Below, in pieces: positions 10,299-19,846 of a DNA stretch of 64,000 nt. The DNA lies in the NCBI GenBank assembly GCA_910577035.1, contig CAJTKW010000005.1, forward strand, positions 1,958 to 65,957, written 5' to 3'. A program made the translations under genes and the position numbers. The DNA comes from an uncultured Acetatifactor sp. Lineage in GTDB: Bacteria; Bacillota; Clostridia; Lachnospirales; Lachnospiraceae. Each line of letters opens with the position of its first letter. Position 1 is the first letter of the stretch. Below the pieces are notes generated by a model, which was given only the letters and a program-made list of their open reading frames with translations, had not been told where the DNA came from and did no database searches.

Positions 10299-11104
10299 CA
10301 CAGGCAGTTTTTTAGCAGTTCTTTGATATCGGTAAAAGCGTACTCTGCAGGGTAAGGAGTATTCTTCATGTCTTCCGGCCGTGCTTCGCCGGTAAACACC
10401 ACACAGGTATCCACACCGCCGTTAATGCCGCAGGCAATGTCCGTGTAAAGGCGGTCTCCCACCACCAGGGTTTCTTCCCTTGTAAAGCCGGACAATTCCA
10501 GACATAAATCAACTACCTCCCGGCTGGGCTTTCCCAGGTAGACGGGATGCCTGTCCGTGGTGGCGGTAAGCATGCCGCAGATGGAGCCGCAGTCCGGAAC
10601 AAAGCCGAAGTCTATGGGGCAGCGCAGGTCGGGATTGGTGGCATAGAAGGGGGCGTCCGTGGTCAGCAGTACCCTGGATGCCTGTATCAGCTTTTGGTAG
10701 TTCAGTTCACTGTCGTATGCCACCACCACACAGTCGATGCCGTCCTCCGCAGTCTCGGTGATCCGGAGACCGTTACGCCGCAGCTCTGCCACAAAGGAAG
10801 CGGTGCCCAGCACAAATATTTTTTTGCCGGCATAATGCTCCCGCAGGAAGCGGAGGGTCATAAAGCCGGATGTGATGAATTGGTCTTCCCTGGTTTCCAG
10901 GGAAAAGGCGGTGCGGAATTTCTCCACATAATCGCTGCCGCTTCTGGTGGAGTTGTTGGTGATATAGTAGGTTTTGCCGCCAATGCGGTCAATGTGGGCC
11001 AGCAGCTCGGCGCTGCCCTCGTACAGGGTGTCGCCCAGTGCCAGGGTGCCGTCTATGTCAAACAGGAACAGTTTCTTTTTTTTCAATGCTTCCGGTGATT
11101 TCAT
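10298..11104 (-). CDS. HAD-IIA (NagD-like) phosphatase
   Basis: FDIDGTL, ITNNS, ATNPD, GKP and VGDRLYTDI motifs. Confidence 0.92.
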   Translation of the reverse strand: MKSPEALKKKKLFLFDIDGTLALGDTLYEGSAELLAHIDRIGGKTYYITNNSTRSGSDYVEKFRTAFSLETREDQFITSGFMTLRFLREHYAGKKIFVLGTASFVAELRRNGLRITETAEDGIDCVVVAYDSELNYQKLIQASRVLLTTDAPFYATNPDLRCPIDFGFVPDCGSICGMLTATTDRHPVYLGKPSREVVDLCLELSGFTREETLVVGDRLYTDIACGINGGVDTCVVFTGEARPEDMKNTPYPAEYAFTDIKELLKNCL

Positions 11105-11544
11105 ATTTAGTTATTATCTCCCTTATCTGTAATGATTCCCGTAAACAGAGCTATTATAACATTTTGGCCTGATACGCTCAAGGAGATTCGTAACTGTTCA
11201 GACAACATGGAACCGTCACGGAGATTTCGTGAAAAGAACAGGAAATCCGAATAATTCCGAATAAAGGAATAGACTTATGATGGAGGTTGTGCTATACTGT
11301 CCGTATCGGCAGTAGATGATCGTAACAAAGAGAGTGGAGCCGGCATTTCGTGCGGCTTCCATAAGAGGAGGAGCGATGAGTAGCAGATAGTTTGAGAGGG
11401 AAAACAAACATTTTGTTTTTTAGGGAAAGCCTGTCAGAAGCAGGTTTGTTTGTGCATCCTTATCAGATTATCACACTCATTTACGCGGATAGTGAGGCAA
11501 GGGCCGTATTTCAAGTCAACCAGGGCTGGCTTGAGTATGGAGTT

Positions 11545-11618
11545 ATGCTCCATGTCGTGGTCAGGGCCGCAGTTTTTTGTGTATGAGTCTGTTTTCGGAT
11601 GCGGGAACAGACTTTTTT
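11545..11618 (+). promoter_or_regulatory. Putative attenuator: leader ORF MLHVVVRAAVFCV* plus intrinsic terminator upstream of the ABC-F gene
   Basis: GGAG then ATG at 11545; stop ends at 11586, abutting the agtctgtt/aacagact hairpin and a T run. Confidence 0.55.
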
Positions 11619-11728
11619 GTATGTGTGATTTTTGCACTTTCGGAGACTTATGCACAGAATGTGATTTTTACACATTGTGGGATTCCTGCATATTTTGCAG
11701 ACTGTTCAGGCTTTCGGGAGGAGGGTCT

Positions 11729-13273
11729 ATGCTACAGATCAGAAATTTAAGTATAATTTATAAAAAGGATTTGCGGGAATTGGTGTCGGAGCTGTCTTTT
11801 GTGCTGAATGACGGAGACAAGGCGGCGTTGATCGGGGAAGAGGGCAATGGCAAGTCTACATTATTGAAGCTGATATATGATGAATCCCTGGTGGAAAACT
11901 ATGTGGAGCATTCCGGTGAAGTCATCCGCAATCATTCTGTGCTGGGATATTTGGGGCAGGAGCTGGAGCCGGAAGAACGGGAAAAGAGCGTATATGAGTT
12001 CCTGTGCGGAGAGCCGGAATTTCAGGAAAGCGGGCCAAAAGAGCTGGCGGCTTATGCTTCCGGGCTTCATGTGCCGGTCCCGCTTTTGTATTCGGAGCAG
12101 CGGATGGATACGTTGTCGGGAGGAGAGAAAATTAAAATATGTATGCTTCGCATTTTATGCCGGAAACCGGATGTGCTGCTGCTGGACGAACCGTCCAATG
12201 ATATTGATTTAAGGACCCTGCTGTGGCTGGAGGAGTTCATTCTGGGCTGGGAAGGGCCGCTGCTATACATTTCCCATGACGAAACGCTTTTGGAGCGGAC
12301 TGCCAATAAGATAATTCATCTGGAACAGATTCAGAGAAAGAAAAAGGCCCGGCATACGGTGAAAGCCCTTGATTACCGGACTTATGCAAACCAACGGGCG
12401 GGAGGGCTGCAGAAGCAGGAACAGCTGGCTAAAGGGGAACGCAGCGAATACAGAAAGCAGCAGGAAAAGTTTATGCGGATCCAGCAAAAGGTAGAGCATC
12501 AGCAGGAGGTGATTTCCAGGCAGGATCCCCATGGGGCGCAGCTGTTAAAGAAGAAAATGCACGCCGTCAAGAGCATGGAGCGGAGGTTCGAGAAGGAGTT
12601 CCAACAGATGACGGAATTTCCCGATGTGGAGGAAGCCATTTTCATGAAATTCGGGGAAACGAAGGAACTGTCTCCCGGGAAAACAGTGCTGGACCTCTTT
12701 CTTCCGGAGTTAAGGCAGGGAGAGCGTGTGCTGGCCCGCAATATTTGCCTCAAGGTGCGGGGAAAGGAGAAAATCTGTCTCACAGGGGATAACGGCGCCG
12801 GCAAGACCACGCTGTTAAAGTCAATTGCTGCCGGGCTGCTGGAGAGAACGGATATAAAGGCAGCCTATATTCCCCAGAATTATGCGGATCCGGAAGGATT
12901 TGGGGCGGCTTTGCAGGTCACGCCCGTGGAATTCCTGGCAGGGAAGGGCGATAAGGAGGAGTGTACAAAGATACGCACATATCTGGGCAGCCTGAAATTT
13001 ACGGCCGATGAAATGGAGCACTCGGTCCGGGCGCTGTCAGGGGGGCAGCGGGCTAAGCTGCTGCTTTTGCGAATCTGTATGAGCGGGGCCAATGTACTGA
13101 TCCTGGATGAGCCCACCCGGAATTTTTCGCCTTTGTCAGGTCCTGTGATCCGTAAAATGCTGGCCGGGTTTCCGGGTGCGATTATCAGCATCTCCCATGA
13201 CAGGAAATATATGGAGGAGGTGTGTGAAAAGGTATACCGGCTGACGGAGGAAGGGCTTGTACCCACGGAGTGA
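11729..13273 (+). CDS. ABC-F family ATPase (ribosome-associated; possible resistance subfamily)
   Basis: Two NBDs (GEEGNGKST/LSGGE/LLLDEP and GDNGAGKTT/LSGGQ/LILDEP), long charged linker, no TM segments; GGAGG RBS before 11729. Confidence 0.9.
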   Translation: MLQIRNLSIIYKKDLRELVSELSFVLNDGDKAALIGEEGNGKSTLLKLIYDESLVENYVEHSGEVIRNHSVLGYLGQELEPEEREKSVYEFLCGEPEFQESGPKELAAYASGLHVPVPLLYSEQRMDTLSGGEKIKICMLRILCRKPDVLLLDEPSNDIDLRTLLWLEEFILGWEGPLLYISHDETLLERTANKIIHLEQIQRKKKARHTVKALDYRTYANQRAGGLQKQEQLAKGERSEYRKQQEKFMRIQQKVEHQQEVISRQDPHGAQLLKKKMHAVKSMERRFEKEFQQMTEFPDVEEAIFMKFGETKELSPGKTVLDLFLPELRQGERVLARNICLKVRGKEKICLTGDNGAGKTTLLKSIAAGLLERTDIKAAYIPQNYADPEGFGAALQVTPVEFLAGKGDKEECTKIRTYLGSLKFTADEMEHSVRALSGGQRAKLLLLRICMSGANVLILDEPTRNFSPLSGPVIRKMLAGFPGAIISISHDRKYMEEVCEKVYRLTEEGLVPTE

Positions 13274-13366
13274 AAGCCCCTCCCGCGGGTATTGTTTTTT
13301 CGGAAGGTTCCGTGTAAAATGGAATACGGGATTTGTGTGGGAGGAATACTTCAGGCGGGGGAAGAA

Positions 13367-13636
13367 ATGGTTAGGAAACGTTTCAGGTTTACGGGCAGGG
13401 TGCAGGGCGTCGGGTTCAGAACCCGGGCAAAATACGCTGCCCGCGGAATGTATATCACGGGCTGGGTGAGGAATGAGTGGGACGGTTCTGTGGTAATGGA
13501 AGCACAGGGGAGCGAAAAGGCAATTGACCAGATGCTGATTATGATTAACAGGAGCGACTATATCCGTATCGACTCCATGGAGTCGGAAATCGTTCCCCTT
13601 AAGGAGGATGAGGCTTCTTTCACGGCAATCGTGTGA
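13367..13636 (+). CDS. acyP: Acylphosphatase
   Basis: GRVQGVGFR and GWVRNEWDGSV motifs. Confidence 0.92.
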   Translation: MVRKRFRFTGRVQGVGFRTRAKYAARGMYITGWVRNEWDGSVVMEAQGSEKAIDQMLIMINRSDYIRIDSMESEIVPLKEDEASFTAIV

Positions 13637-13785
13637 GATTGTGAGTTTCCGCATAGGGGATCACGGAAGTTCGTGTGAAATGCAGAGATCCGTGCTGCAA
13701 CAGGCGCGCAACACTCCAGGCCGGCCATGGAATCGTTATCGCCGCCGGGGGGTTCAAACATCTGAAAAAGTTTTACCGGAAGGAC

Positions 13786-13814
13786 TTGTACAGGACAGAA
13801 GTCTGTGTTATAGT
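13786..13814 (+). promoter_or_regulatory. sigma-A-type promoter for the Rpn gene
   Basis: TTGTAC-N17-TATAGT with extended -10 TG. Confidence 0.65.
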
Positions 13815-13960
13815 AAATATAACATCTGTTTTATCCAAATCGGGAACACATTCTGGTTCCCGTGTTTCGGCTTTTCGCCATCGATTCAGACAAAATAGTT
13901 AAACAGTGCACAGGACCGGCGAAAAGTATTTCTCCTGTCTGTGCGGAACAGGAGGAACGA

Positions 13961-15085
13961 ATGAAAGAAAGAAAAAAATTGCTGCCTGCGGGAAAACCGG
14001 CAGCAGCGGCTCCGGGAACCCGGGAAAACGGAAATTCGCAGAGCGTGGAAGGAAAGTACAATCAACACAACAGGGACATCAGCAGCAGGTCTATATTTGG
14101 CAATGCGGTTCTGTGTGCACAGTTTTTGAGGGACAACGTGGATATGCCGCTGCTGAAGGATGTGCAGCCCGAGGATATTGAAGACGTGTCCGAACGCTAT
14201 CATCCCTATCTGGGAACCGAGTTCACTTCGGATTCCGTGAAGCGGATTCGGATTCTGGATATTGAAAAAGGTAAGAAGGCGGGAAGAACGGAGCCACCGT
14301 TTCTGGTATCCCTTATCGAACATAAGAGCCTTGTGGAATATGATGTCTCCATGCAGCTGCTACGGTATATGATGTGTATATGGACGGAGTACCGAAGAGA
14401 GATGGAAAAGCTTCACGGGGGCTGTACCGGTCAAAAGGGGTTTCGCTATCCTGTAATTATTCCTGTCGTATATTATGAGGGCGGGCGGGAATGGACGGCG
14501 GACAGGCATCTGTGCGGCAGAATTCGTGACAGCTCGGAATTCCGGAGGTGGATTCCGGATTTTCAATATGAGGTAGTCAGGATTCATGACTACAGCGACA
14601 GAGAGCTTTTGGAACGGGGAAATGAGATGTCCCTGATTATGTTGATTAACAAAATACAGAACACAATGGATCTGGAACGTTTTTTGCAGATACCACCGGA
14701 TAAAATGAATCGGATTATTCAGAACAGCCCGGAGCATGTCCTGGAGGTTTTGGTGACGGTCATGGAGAGCCTGTGCCTTAAAATAGACGCATCGGCGGAG
14801 GAAAGGTCACAATGTGTTCGGAAAGTGAAAGTGCGTGATATGGGATATTTATTTGAAAATATGGAGAAAATCAGCATACAGGAAGAGCGGAAGAAGACCG
14901 AGGAGCAGCGCAGGAAGACTGAGGAAGAGCGGAAGAAAGCCGAGGAGCAGCGCAGGAAGACTGAGGAGCAGCGGAAGAAAGCCGAGGAGCAGCGCAGACG
15001 GGCTGATGAGGCGGAAGCAAAGCTTCGACTTGCCGAGGAAAAGATAAGGCAGCTGCAGAAGCAATCCGGGGGATCGGACTGCTGA
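13961..15085 (+). CDS. Rpn/YhgA-like PD-(D/E)XK nuclease (putative transposase_31 family)
   Basis: N-terminal HNRD..SRSIF, SDSV...LIEHKS, MQLLRYM, PVIIPVVYYEG..W; coiled-coil repeat tail. Confidence 0.85.
   Translation: MKERKKLLPAGKPAAAAPGTRENGNSQSVEGKYNQHNRDISSRSIFGNAVLCAQFLRDNVDMPLLKDVQPEDIEDVSERYHPYLGTEFTSDSVKRIRILDIEKGKKAGRTEPPFLVSLIEHKSLVEYDVSMQLLRYMMCIWTEYRREMEKLHGGCTGQKGFRYPVIIPVVYYEGGREWTADRHLCGRIRDSSEFRRWIPDFQYEVVRIHDYSDRELLERGNEMSLIMLINKIQNTMDLERFLQIPPDKMNRIIQNSPEHVLEVLVTVMESLCLKIDASAEERSQCVRKVKVRDMGYLFENMEKISIQEERKKTEEQRRKTEEERKKAEEQRRKTEEQRKKAEEQRRRADEAEAKLRLAEEKIRQLQKQSGGSDC
14882..15007 (+). repeat. About six 21-bp heptad repeats in the Rpn C-terminus
   Basis: Alternating gaagagcggaagaagaccgag / gagcagcgcaggaagactgag units (EERKKTE/EQRRKTE). 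Confidence 0.9.
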
Positions 15086-15174
15086 CCCGTAAAGCCGGGT
15101 TTGATGCTTTGGTTATTGTTTTATCGATGAAGCTTGAGTAAAATTGATTCCATGGTGTAGTGAGAAGGAGAACA

Positions 15175-15885
15175 ATGGTGGAAGGTAACAGGGCACAAGG
15201 CGGAATGCCGGAAATCGGTGGAGAAGGCCGGCCACGGCTGGGGAGGGATTTCTTTGCCAGGGACGGCATTACCGTGGCCAGGGAGCTTCTGGGAAAGATT
15301 CTGGTGCATGATACGAAAATCGGTCCGGTGCGGGGGATTATCACCGAGGTGGAGAGTTATATGGGGGAGGAAGACAAGGGCTCCCATACCTATGGCGGCA
15401 GGCGCACGGAACGCACGGAGCCCATGTATCATGCCGGCGGAACTTCCTATGTCTATTTGATTTACGGCATGTACAGCTGTATGAATATCGCTGCCATGAC
15501 GGAAGGGATTCCCCAGGCGGTGCTGCTTCGCAGCGTGATTCCGGCGGACGGGGAGTCGGAGCGGCGGATGACAGAGCTGCGACAGGAAGCCGCGGCAGGG
15601 CGCCGGCGCCGGAGAGCAGAGGATGGTAGGGCCGGGAAGGAGGATAAGACCGGAAAGGCGAAGCTGCCCTCTTTTGGAAAGCATCTTGCCGACGGGCCGG
15701 GCAAGCTCTGCATTGCCATGGGCATATCCAGGGCGGACAATGATATAGATATGACAGAGAGCGGCTGTTTTTATGTGACGGAGGGGATTCCGGTGGAGTC
15801 CGCCAGAATCCGGGCAGCCAGACGGATTGGCATCGATTATGCGGAAGAAGCAGCGGAGTATTTGTGGCGTTTTTTTATAGAATAG
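15175..15885 (+). CDS. DNA-3-methyladenine glycosylase (MPG/AAG family)
   Basis: VARELLGK, ITEVESY, YVYLIYGMY, AVLLR, GPGKLC and RIGI motifs. Confidence 0.92.
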   Translation: MVEGNRAQGGMPEIGGEGRPRLGRDFFARDGITVARELLGKILVHDTKIGPVRGIITEVESYMGEEDKGSHTYGGRRTERTEPMYHAGGTSYVYLIYGMYSCMNIAAMTEGIPQAVLLRSVIPADGESERRMTELRQEAAAGRRRRRAEDGRAGKEDKTGKAKLPSFGKHLADGPGKLCIAMGISRADNDIDMTESGCFYVTEGIPVESARIRAARRIGIDYAEEAAEYLWRFFIE

Positions 15886-15904
15886 AAAGTTAAAGAGTGT
15901 ACAT

Positions 15905-18900
15905 ATGAGCTTAAAATTTGTGTTTGGTCCATCGGGAGCAGGTAAAAGCCGTTATCTCTATGAGGAGATTCTTCGCAGGGCAGCAGACGACAGCAGTAAG
16001 AATTTTCTGATCCTCGTGCCGGACCAGTTCACCATGCAGACCCAGAAGGATCTGGTTCTGCTGAGTGACCGGGGCGGTATTATGAATATAGACGTACTCA
16101 GCTTCGGGCGGCTGAACCATCGTATCATGGAAGAGGTGGGGGAGGACGACACACCGGTGCTGGACGATACGGGGAAAAGCCTGGTGCTGCAGAAAATAGC
16201 GGCGGATTTAAAAGAAGAGCTGCCGGTGCTTGGCAGCTTTCTGAGCAGGCAGGGATATATCCATGAGGTGAAAAGTGCCGTTTCCGAGTTTATGCAGTAT
16301 GGGATCGGCGTGGAGGACGTGAGCACGCTGATAGAATATGCACAGAAGAGGGGGGCTCTGGTACAGAAGCTGAAAGATCTGCAGACTCTTTACAGGGGAT
16401 TCCGGGAGTACATACAGGGTAATTTTATTACCACCGAGGAAACCCTGGACGTGCTGTGCCGTTCGCTTGCAAAATCCCGGCTGCTTCCCGGCAGCGTGGT
16501 AGTGTTTGACGGATTTACCGGATTTACGCCCATTCAGAATAATGTGATCCGGGAGCTGATGCGGCTGTGCGGGGAAGTGATCGTTACGGTGACTATGGGG
16601 GAGGGCGAGGATCCCTACAAGCCGGGGGGGGAACAGCGGCTTTTCCATCTGAGCGGAAAGACTGTGGCGGATCTGGAGAGGCTGGCAAAGGATGCGGGAA
16701 CAGAGAGGGCAAGGGACCTTTTCATACTGCCGGGAGATTCGTCTGTGGAAAGAGAGTGGAGGAACCGGCTGAGGGAAAGATGTGATATAGTGCTCCGGGA
16801 CAGGCACCGCTTTGAAGAAGCTCCTGCCCTGCGGCATCTGGAACGGAGCCTGTTTCGCTATAAGGTGCGGCCTTACGAGGGGGAGCAGCAGGAAATCCGC
16901 ATATTTGAAACCACCAGCCCCAGGGATGAGGTGTACCAGGCCGGACTGTTGATCCGGGAGCTGGTTCGGGAGGAAGGGCTGGCATACAGGGATATTGCGG
17001 TGATTACGGGGGATCTGGAGGGGTATGGTCCCTATGTGGAGACAGAGTTTGCCCAGATGGACATTCCCTGTTTTCTGGACAGGACCAGGGGGATTGTCTT
17101 AAATCCCATGGTGGAATATATCAAGAGTGCATTGGAGTTGTATTTAAAAGACTTCTCCTATGAAGCCGTGTTCCACTACCTTCGCAGCGGGCTGGCGGAG
17201 ATGGAGCCCGGTGAGGTGGACGTGCTGGAAAATTACGTGATCGAGACCGGAATCCGGGGGTATCGCAGCTATAGCCGTCTTTTTACCCGTAAGACAAAAG
17301 AGATGGGAGAGGAGGAAGAGGAGCTGGCGAAGCTGAATTCGCTGCGGGAGCGTTTTTTGTCCCGGGTTGAACTGCTGCATATGAAGCACCGGGAACCTGT
17401 TCGCCATTATGTGGACAAGCTCTATGACTTTCTGATGCAGGCCGGGGTGCAGAGTAAGCTGGCTTCCTATGAGGCGGAATTTACAGGCCGGGGCGAGTTG
17501 TCGAAAGCCCGGGAATACGCACAGATTTATCGGCTGATTATGGAGCTGCTGGAGCAGGTCTATGAGCTCTTGGGAGAAGAGACCATTTCTTTGCAGGAAT
17601 TTGCTGATATTCTGGAGGCAGGCTTCGGGGAAATTCAGGTGGGAATCATTCCGCAGAATGTGGACCGGGTAGTAGTGGGAGATATGGAACGTACCCGCTT
17701 AAAGCAGGTGAAGGCATTGTTTTTCCTGGGAGTCAATGACGGGAATATTCCCAAGAACGCCTCCAGGGGGGGGATTATCTCCGATATGGACAGGGAGTTC
17801 CTGCGGGAGTCCCGGCTGGAGCTGGCTCCCAGTCCCAGGCAGCAGATGTTCATTCAGAGGCTGTACCTGTACCTGAACATGACAAAGCCCTCCGAAAAGC
17901 TGTACCTGTCCTGTTCCCGGGTAAACAGTGCAGGTAAATCCCTGCGTCCCGCTTACCTCATCGATACGGTGAAAAGACTATTCCCCGGTATCCGGACGGA
18001 GCATCCGGAGCTTCGCAGTCCCCTGGAACAGATCGTCACGGGACGGGAGGGGGCCGGTTATCTTGCACAGGGGCTGCGGGAGTTTGCGGCGGGGGCTCTG
18101 TCTCCGGAAAGGGAGCGGGAGATCCTTGCCATATACCAGGCCTTTGATAAGGACGAGCTTCGGCAGGAAAGGGATTTTCTGCGGGAGGCAGCTTTTAAGC
18201 GGTATCGTGACAGCGGGCTTTCGGCGGTAGTGGCGGAGGCGCTTTACGGGAAATACCTGGAGAACAGCGTATCCCGTCTGGAGACCTTTGCGGCCTGTGC
18301 CTACAGGCACTTCCTGCAATACGGGCTCACCCTGCAGGAGCGTCGGGAATTTATCTTTGAGACGGCGGATATGGGAAATGTGTATCACGGGGTTCTGGAG
18401 CAGTTTGCAGGAAAGCTGGAAGAGAGGCAGTATACCTGGTTTGATTTCCCGGAAGAATTTGCGGAAAAGACCGTGGAAGAGGCCCTGGAGCAGTTTGCCG
18501 CCTCCTATGGAGATACGGTGCTTTACAGCAGTGCCAGGAACGAATATGCCCTTACCAGGATGGCGAGGATTCTGACCAGAACGGTGCTGACCCTGCAGAG
18601 GCAGCTGAAAAGGGGGAGCTTCCGGCCGGATGCCTATGAGCTTTCCTTCCGGTTTGCCGAGGATCTGGACAGTGTGAACGTGAGCCTCTCCGGGCAGGAG
18701 AAGATGCGGCTGCAGGGGCGGATTGACCGTATTGATGTGGCGGAAGAAGGGGAAAAGGTCTATGTGAAGGTGGTGGATTATAAGTCGGGTGACAGGCACT
18801 TTGACCTGGCGGCACTGTACTACGGGCTGCAGCTGCAGCTGGTGGTGTATATGAATGCAGCTCTGGAGGTGGAGGCGAAGAAGCATCCGGGCAGGGAGAT

Positions 18901-19378
18901 TCTTCCGGCAGCGCTGCTGTATTACCATATTGACGATCCTGCCGTAGAGTCCCCGGTGGAGCTGTCGGAGGAGGAGATTGAGGAGCAGATCGCCGGGCAG
19001 CTGCGGATGAAGGGAGTAGTCAGCAGTGAGCCGGGAATCGTGGAACGGCTGGACGGCGGGGAGTGGAGCCGGTCGGAGGTGATTCCCGTGGAGCGGAAGA
19101 AGGACGGGAGCTTCAGCGCCCGCTCTTCGATATTGAGCGGCGGAGATTTGAAGACGGTGTCCGAGTATGTCTCCAAAAAGATAGCGTCAATCGGCAGGGA
19201 GATTCTGGACGGGAATATTTCCCTGAACCCGTATGAGATGGGAACCGAGGAAGCGTGTACCTGGTGTGCCTTTAAGCGGGTGTGCGGCTTCGAAGCCTCA
19301 ATGCCGGGCTGTGAGAAGCGGCAGCTGGAGAGCATGGATCGGGAAGAGGCGCTGGAGAGGATGGGAAAGACGCCATGA
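15905..19378 (+). CDS. addB: ATP-dependent helicase/nuclease subunit B
   Basis: GPSGAGKS, LVPDQFT, SVSRLE..AAC, GRIDRID, VVDYKSG, LQLQL..Y; C-terminal CxxC-x5-C Fe-S staple. Confidence 0.95.
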   Translation: MSLKFVFGPSGAGKSRYLYEEILRRAADDSSKNFLILVPDQFTMQTQKDLVLLSDRGGIMNIDVLSFGRLNHRIMEEVGEDDTPVLDDTGKSLVLQKIAADLKEELPVLGSFLSRQGYIHEVKSAVSEFMQYGIGVEDVSTLIEYAQKRGALVQKLKDLQTLYRGFREYIQGNFITTEETLDVLCRSLAKSRLLPGSVVVFDGFTGFTPIQNNVIRELMRLCGEVIVTVTMGEGEDPYKPGGEQRLFHLSGKTVADLERLAKDAGTERARDLFILPGDSSVEREWRNRLRERCDIVLRDRHRFEEAPALRHLERSLFRYKVRPYEGEQQEIRIFETTSPRDEVYQAGLLIRELVREEGLAYRDIAVITGDLEGYGPYVETEFAQMDIPCFLDRTRGIVLNPMVEYIKSALELYLKDFSYEAVFHYLRSGLAEMEPGEVDVLENYVIETGIRGYRSYSRLFTRKTKEMGEEEEELAKLNSLRERFLSRVELLHMKHREPVRHYVDKLYDFLMQAGVQSKLASYEAEFTGRGELSKAREYAQIYRLIMELLEQVYELLGEETISLQEFADILEAGFGEIQVGIIPQNVDRVVVGDMERTRLKQVKALFFLGVNDGNIPKNASRGGIISDMDREFLRESRLELAPSPRQQMFIQRLYLYLNMTKPSEKLYLSCSRVNSAGKSLRPAYLIDTVKRLFPGIRTEHPELRSPLEQIVTGREGAGYLAQGLREFAAGALSPEREREILAIYQAFDKDELRQERDFLREAAFKRYRDSGLSAVVAEALYGKYLENSVSRLETFAACAYRHFLQYGLTLQERREFIFETADMGNVYHGVLEQFAGKLEERQYTWFDFPEEFAEKTVEEALEQFAASYGDTVLYSSARNEYALTRMARILTRTVLTLQRQLKRGSFRPDAYELSFRFAEDLDSVNVSLSGQEKMRLQGRIDRIDVAEEGEKVYVKVVDYKSGDRHFDLAALYYGLQLQLVVYMNAALEVEAKKHPGREILPAALLYYHIDDPAVESPVELSEEEIEEQIAGQLRMKGVVSSEPGIVERLDGGEWSRSEVIPVERKKDGSFSARSSILSGGDLKTVSEYVSKKIASIGREILDGNISLNPYEMGTEEACTWCAFKRVCGFEASMPGCEKRQLESMDREEALERMGKTP

Positions 19379-19552
19379 AAAGAAAAATTTTGGTTTCAGA
19401 TTACGCTGGGAGATCATCTGAATGAAGAGCTGGAGCAGTACTTCTCCGGCACCATCACGGAGGACATGGTGATTGAACACCTGGAAAGCCGTGTGGGATT
19501 GTATTTGGGGTTCTATCTTGATGGGTTTGTGGGAGTGCGTGGAGGGCGGTAA
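19375..19552 (+). pseudogene. Internally deleted remnant, probably of an ABC solute-binding protein gene
   Basis: ATG overlaps the addB stop (MKRKILV..., stops early); a second frame reads NEELEQYFSGTITEDMVIEHLESRVGLYL, resembling SBP C-termini. Confidence 0.4.
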
Positions 19553-19846
19553 ACCGCATTAAATGGGGATTCTTTGGGGATGGGGTCTGGTGGTTTTGAG
19601 TCATTTTGGTTGAATTCTGGTGGGGGCTGAACGAAAGTTGAACTCAGAACTAGCAATGCGCTTTATAAATCCGTCCTATTTATTTGCGTGTGGAACGAAG
19701 CAAATAATTGTTGTAAACTGTTTATGAATATACGGCATGCCGAGCTTGCCGTTTGGAGAGGCAGGCTCGGGCTGAAAGTCCAGAATATCCGGATGACTAT
19801 TTGCCTTGGAATCCTTTTAGGAACAGTGCCAATCCCCCTTTTTGAT

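Noticed and set aside
11450..11728. Cys/Phe-rich N-terminal extension of the ABC-F
   Set aside because: A GGAGG RBS precedes the ATG at 11729; the extension spans the leader terminator
13961..15085. IS element (transposase_31 label)
   Set aside because: No terminal inverted repeats or target duplication seen; Rpn proteins are not demonstrated transposases
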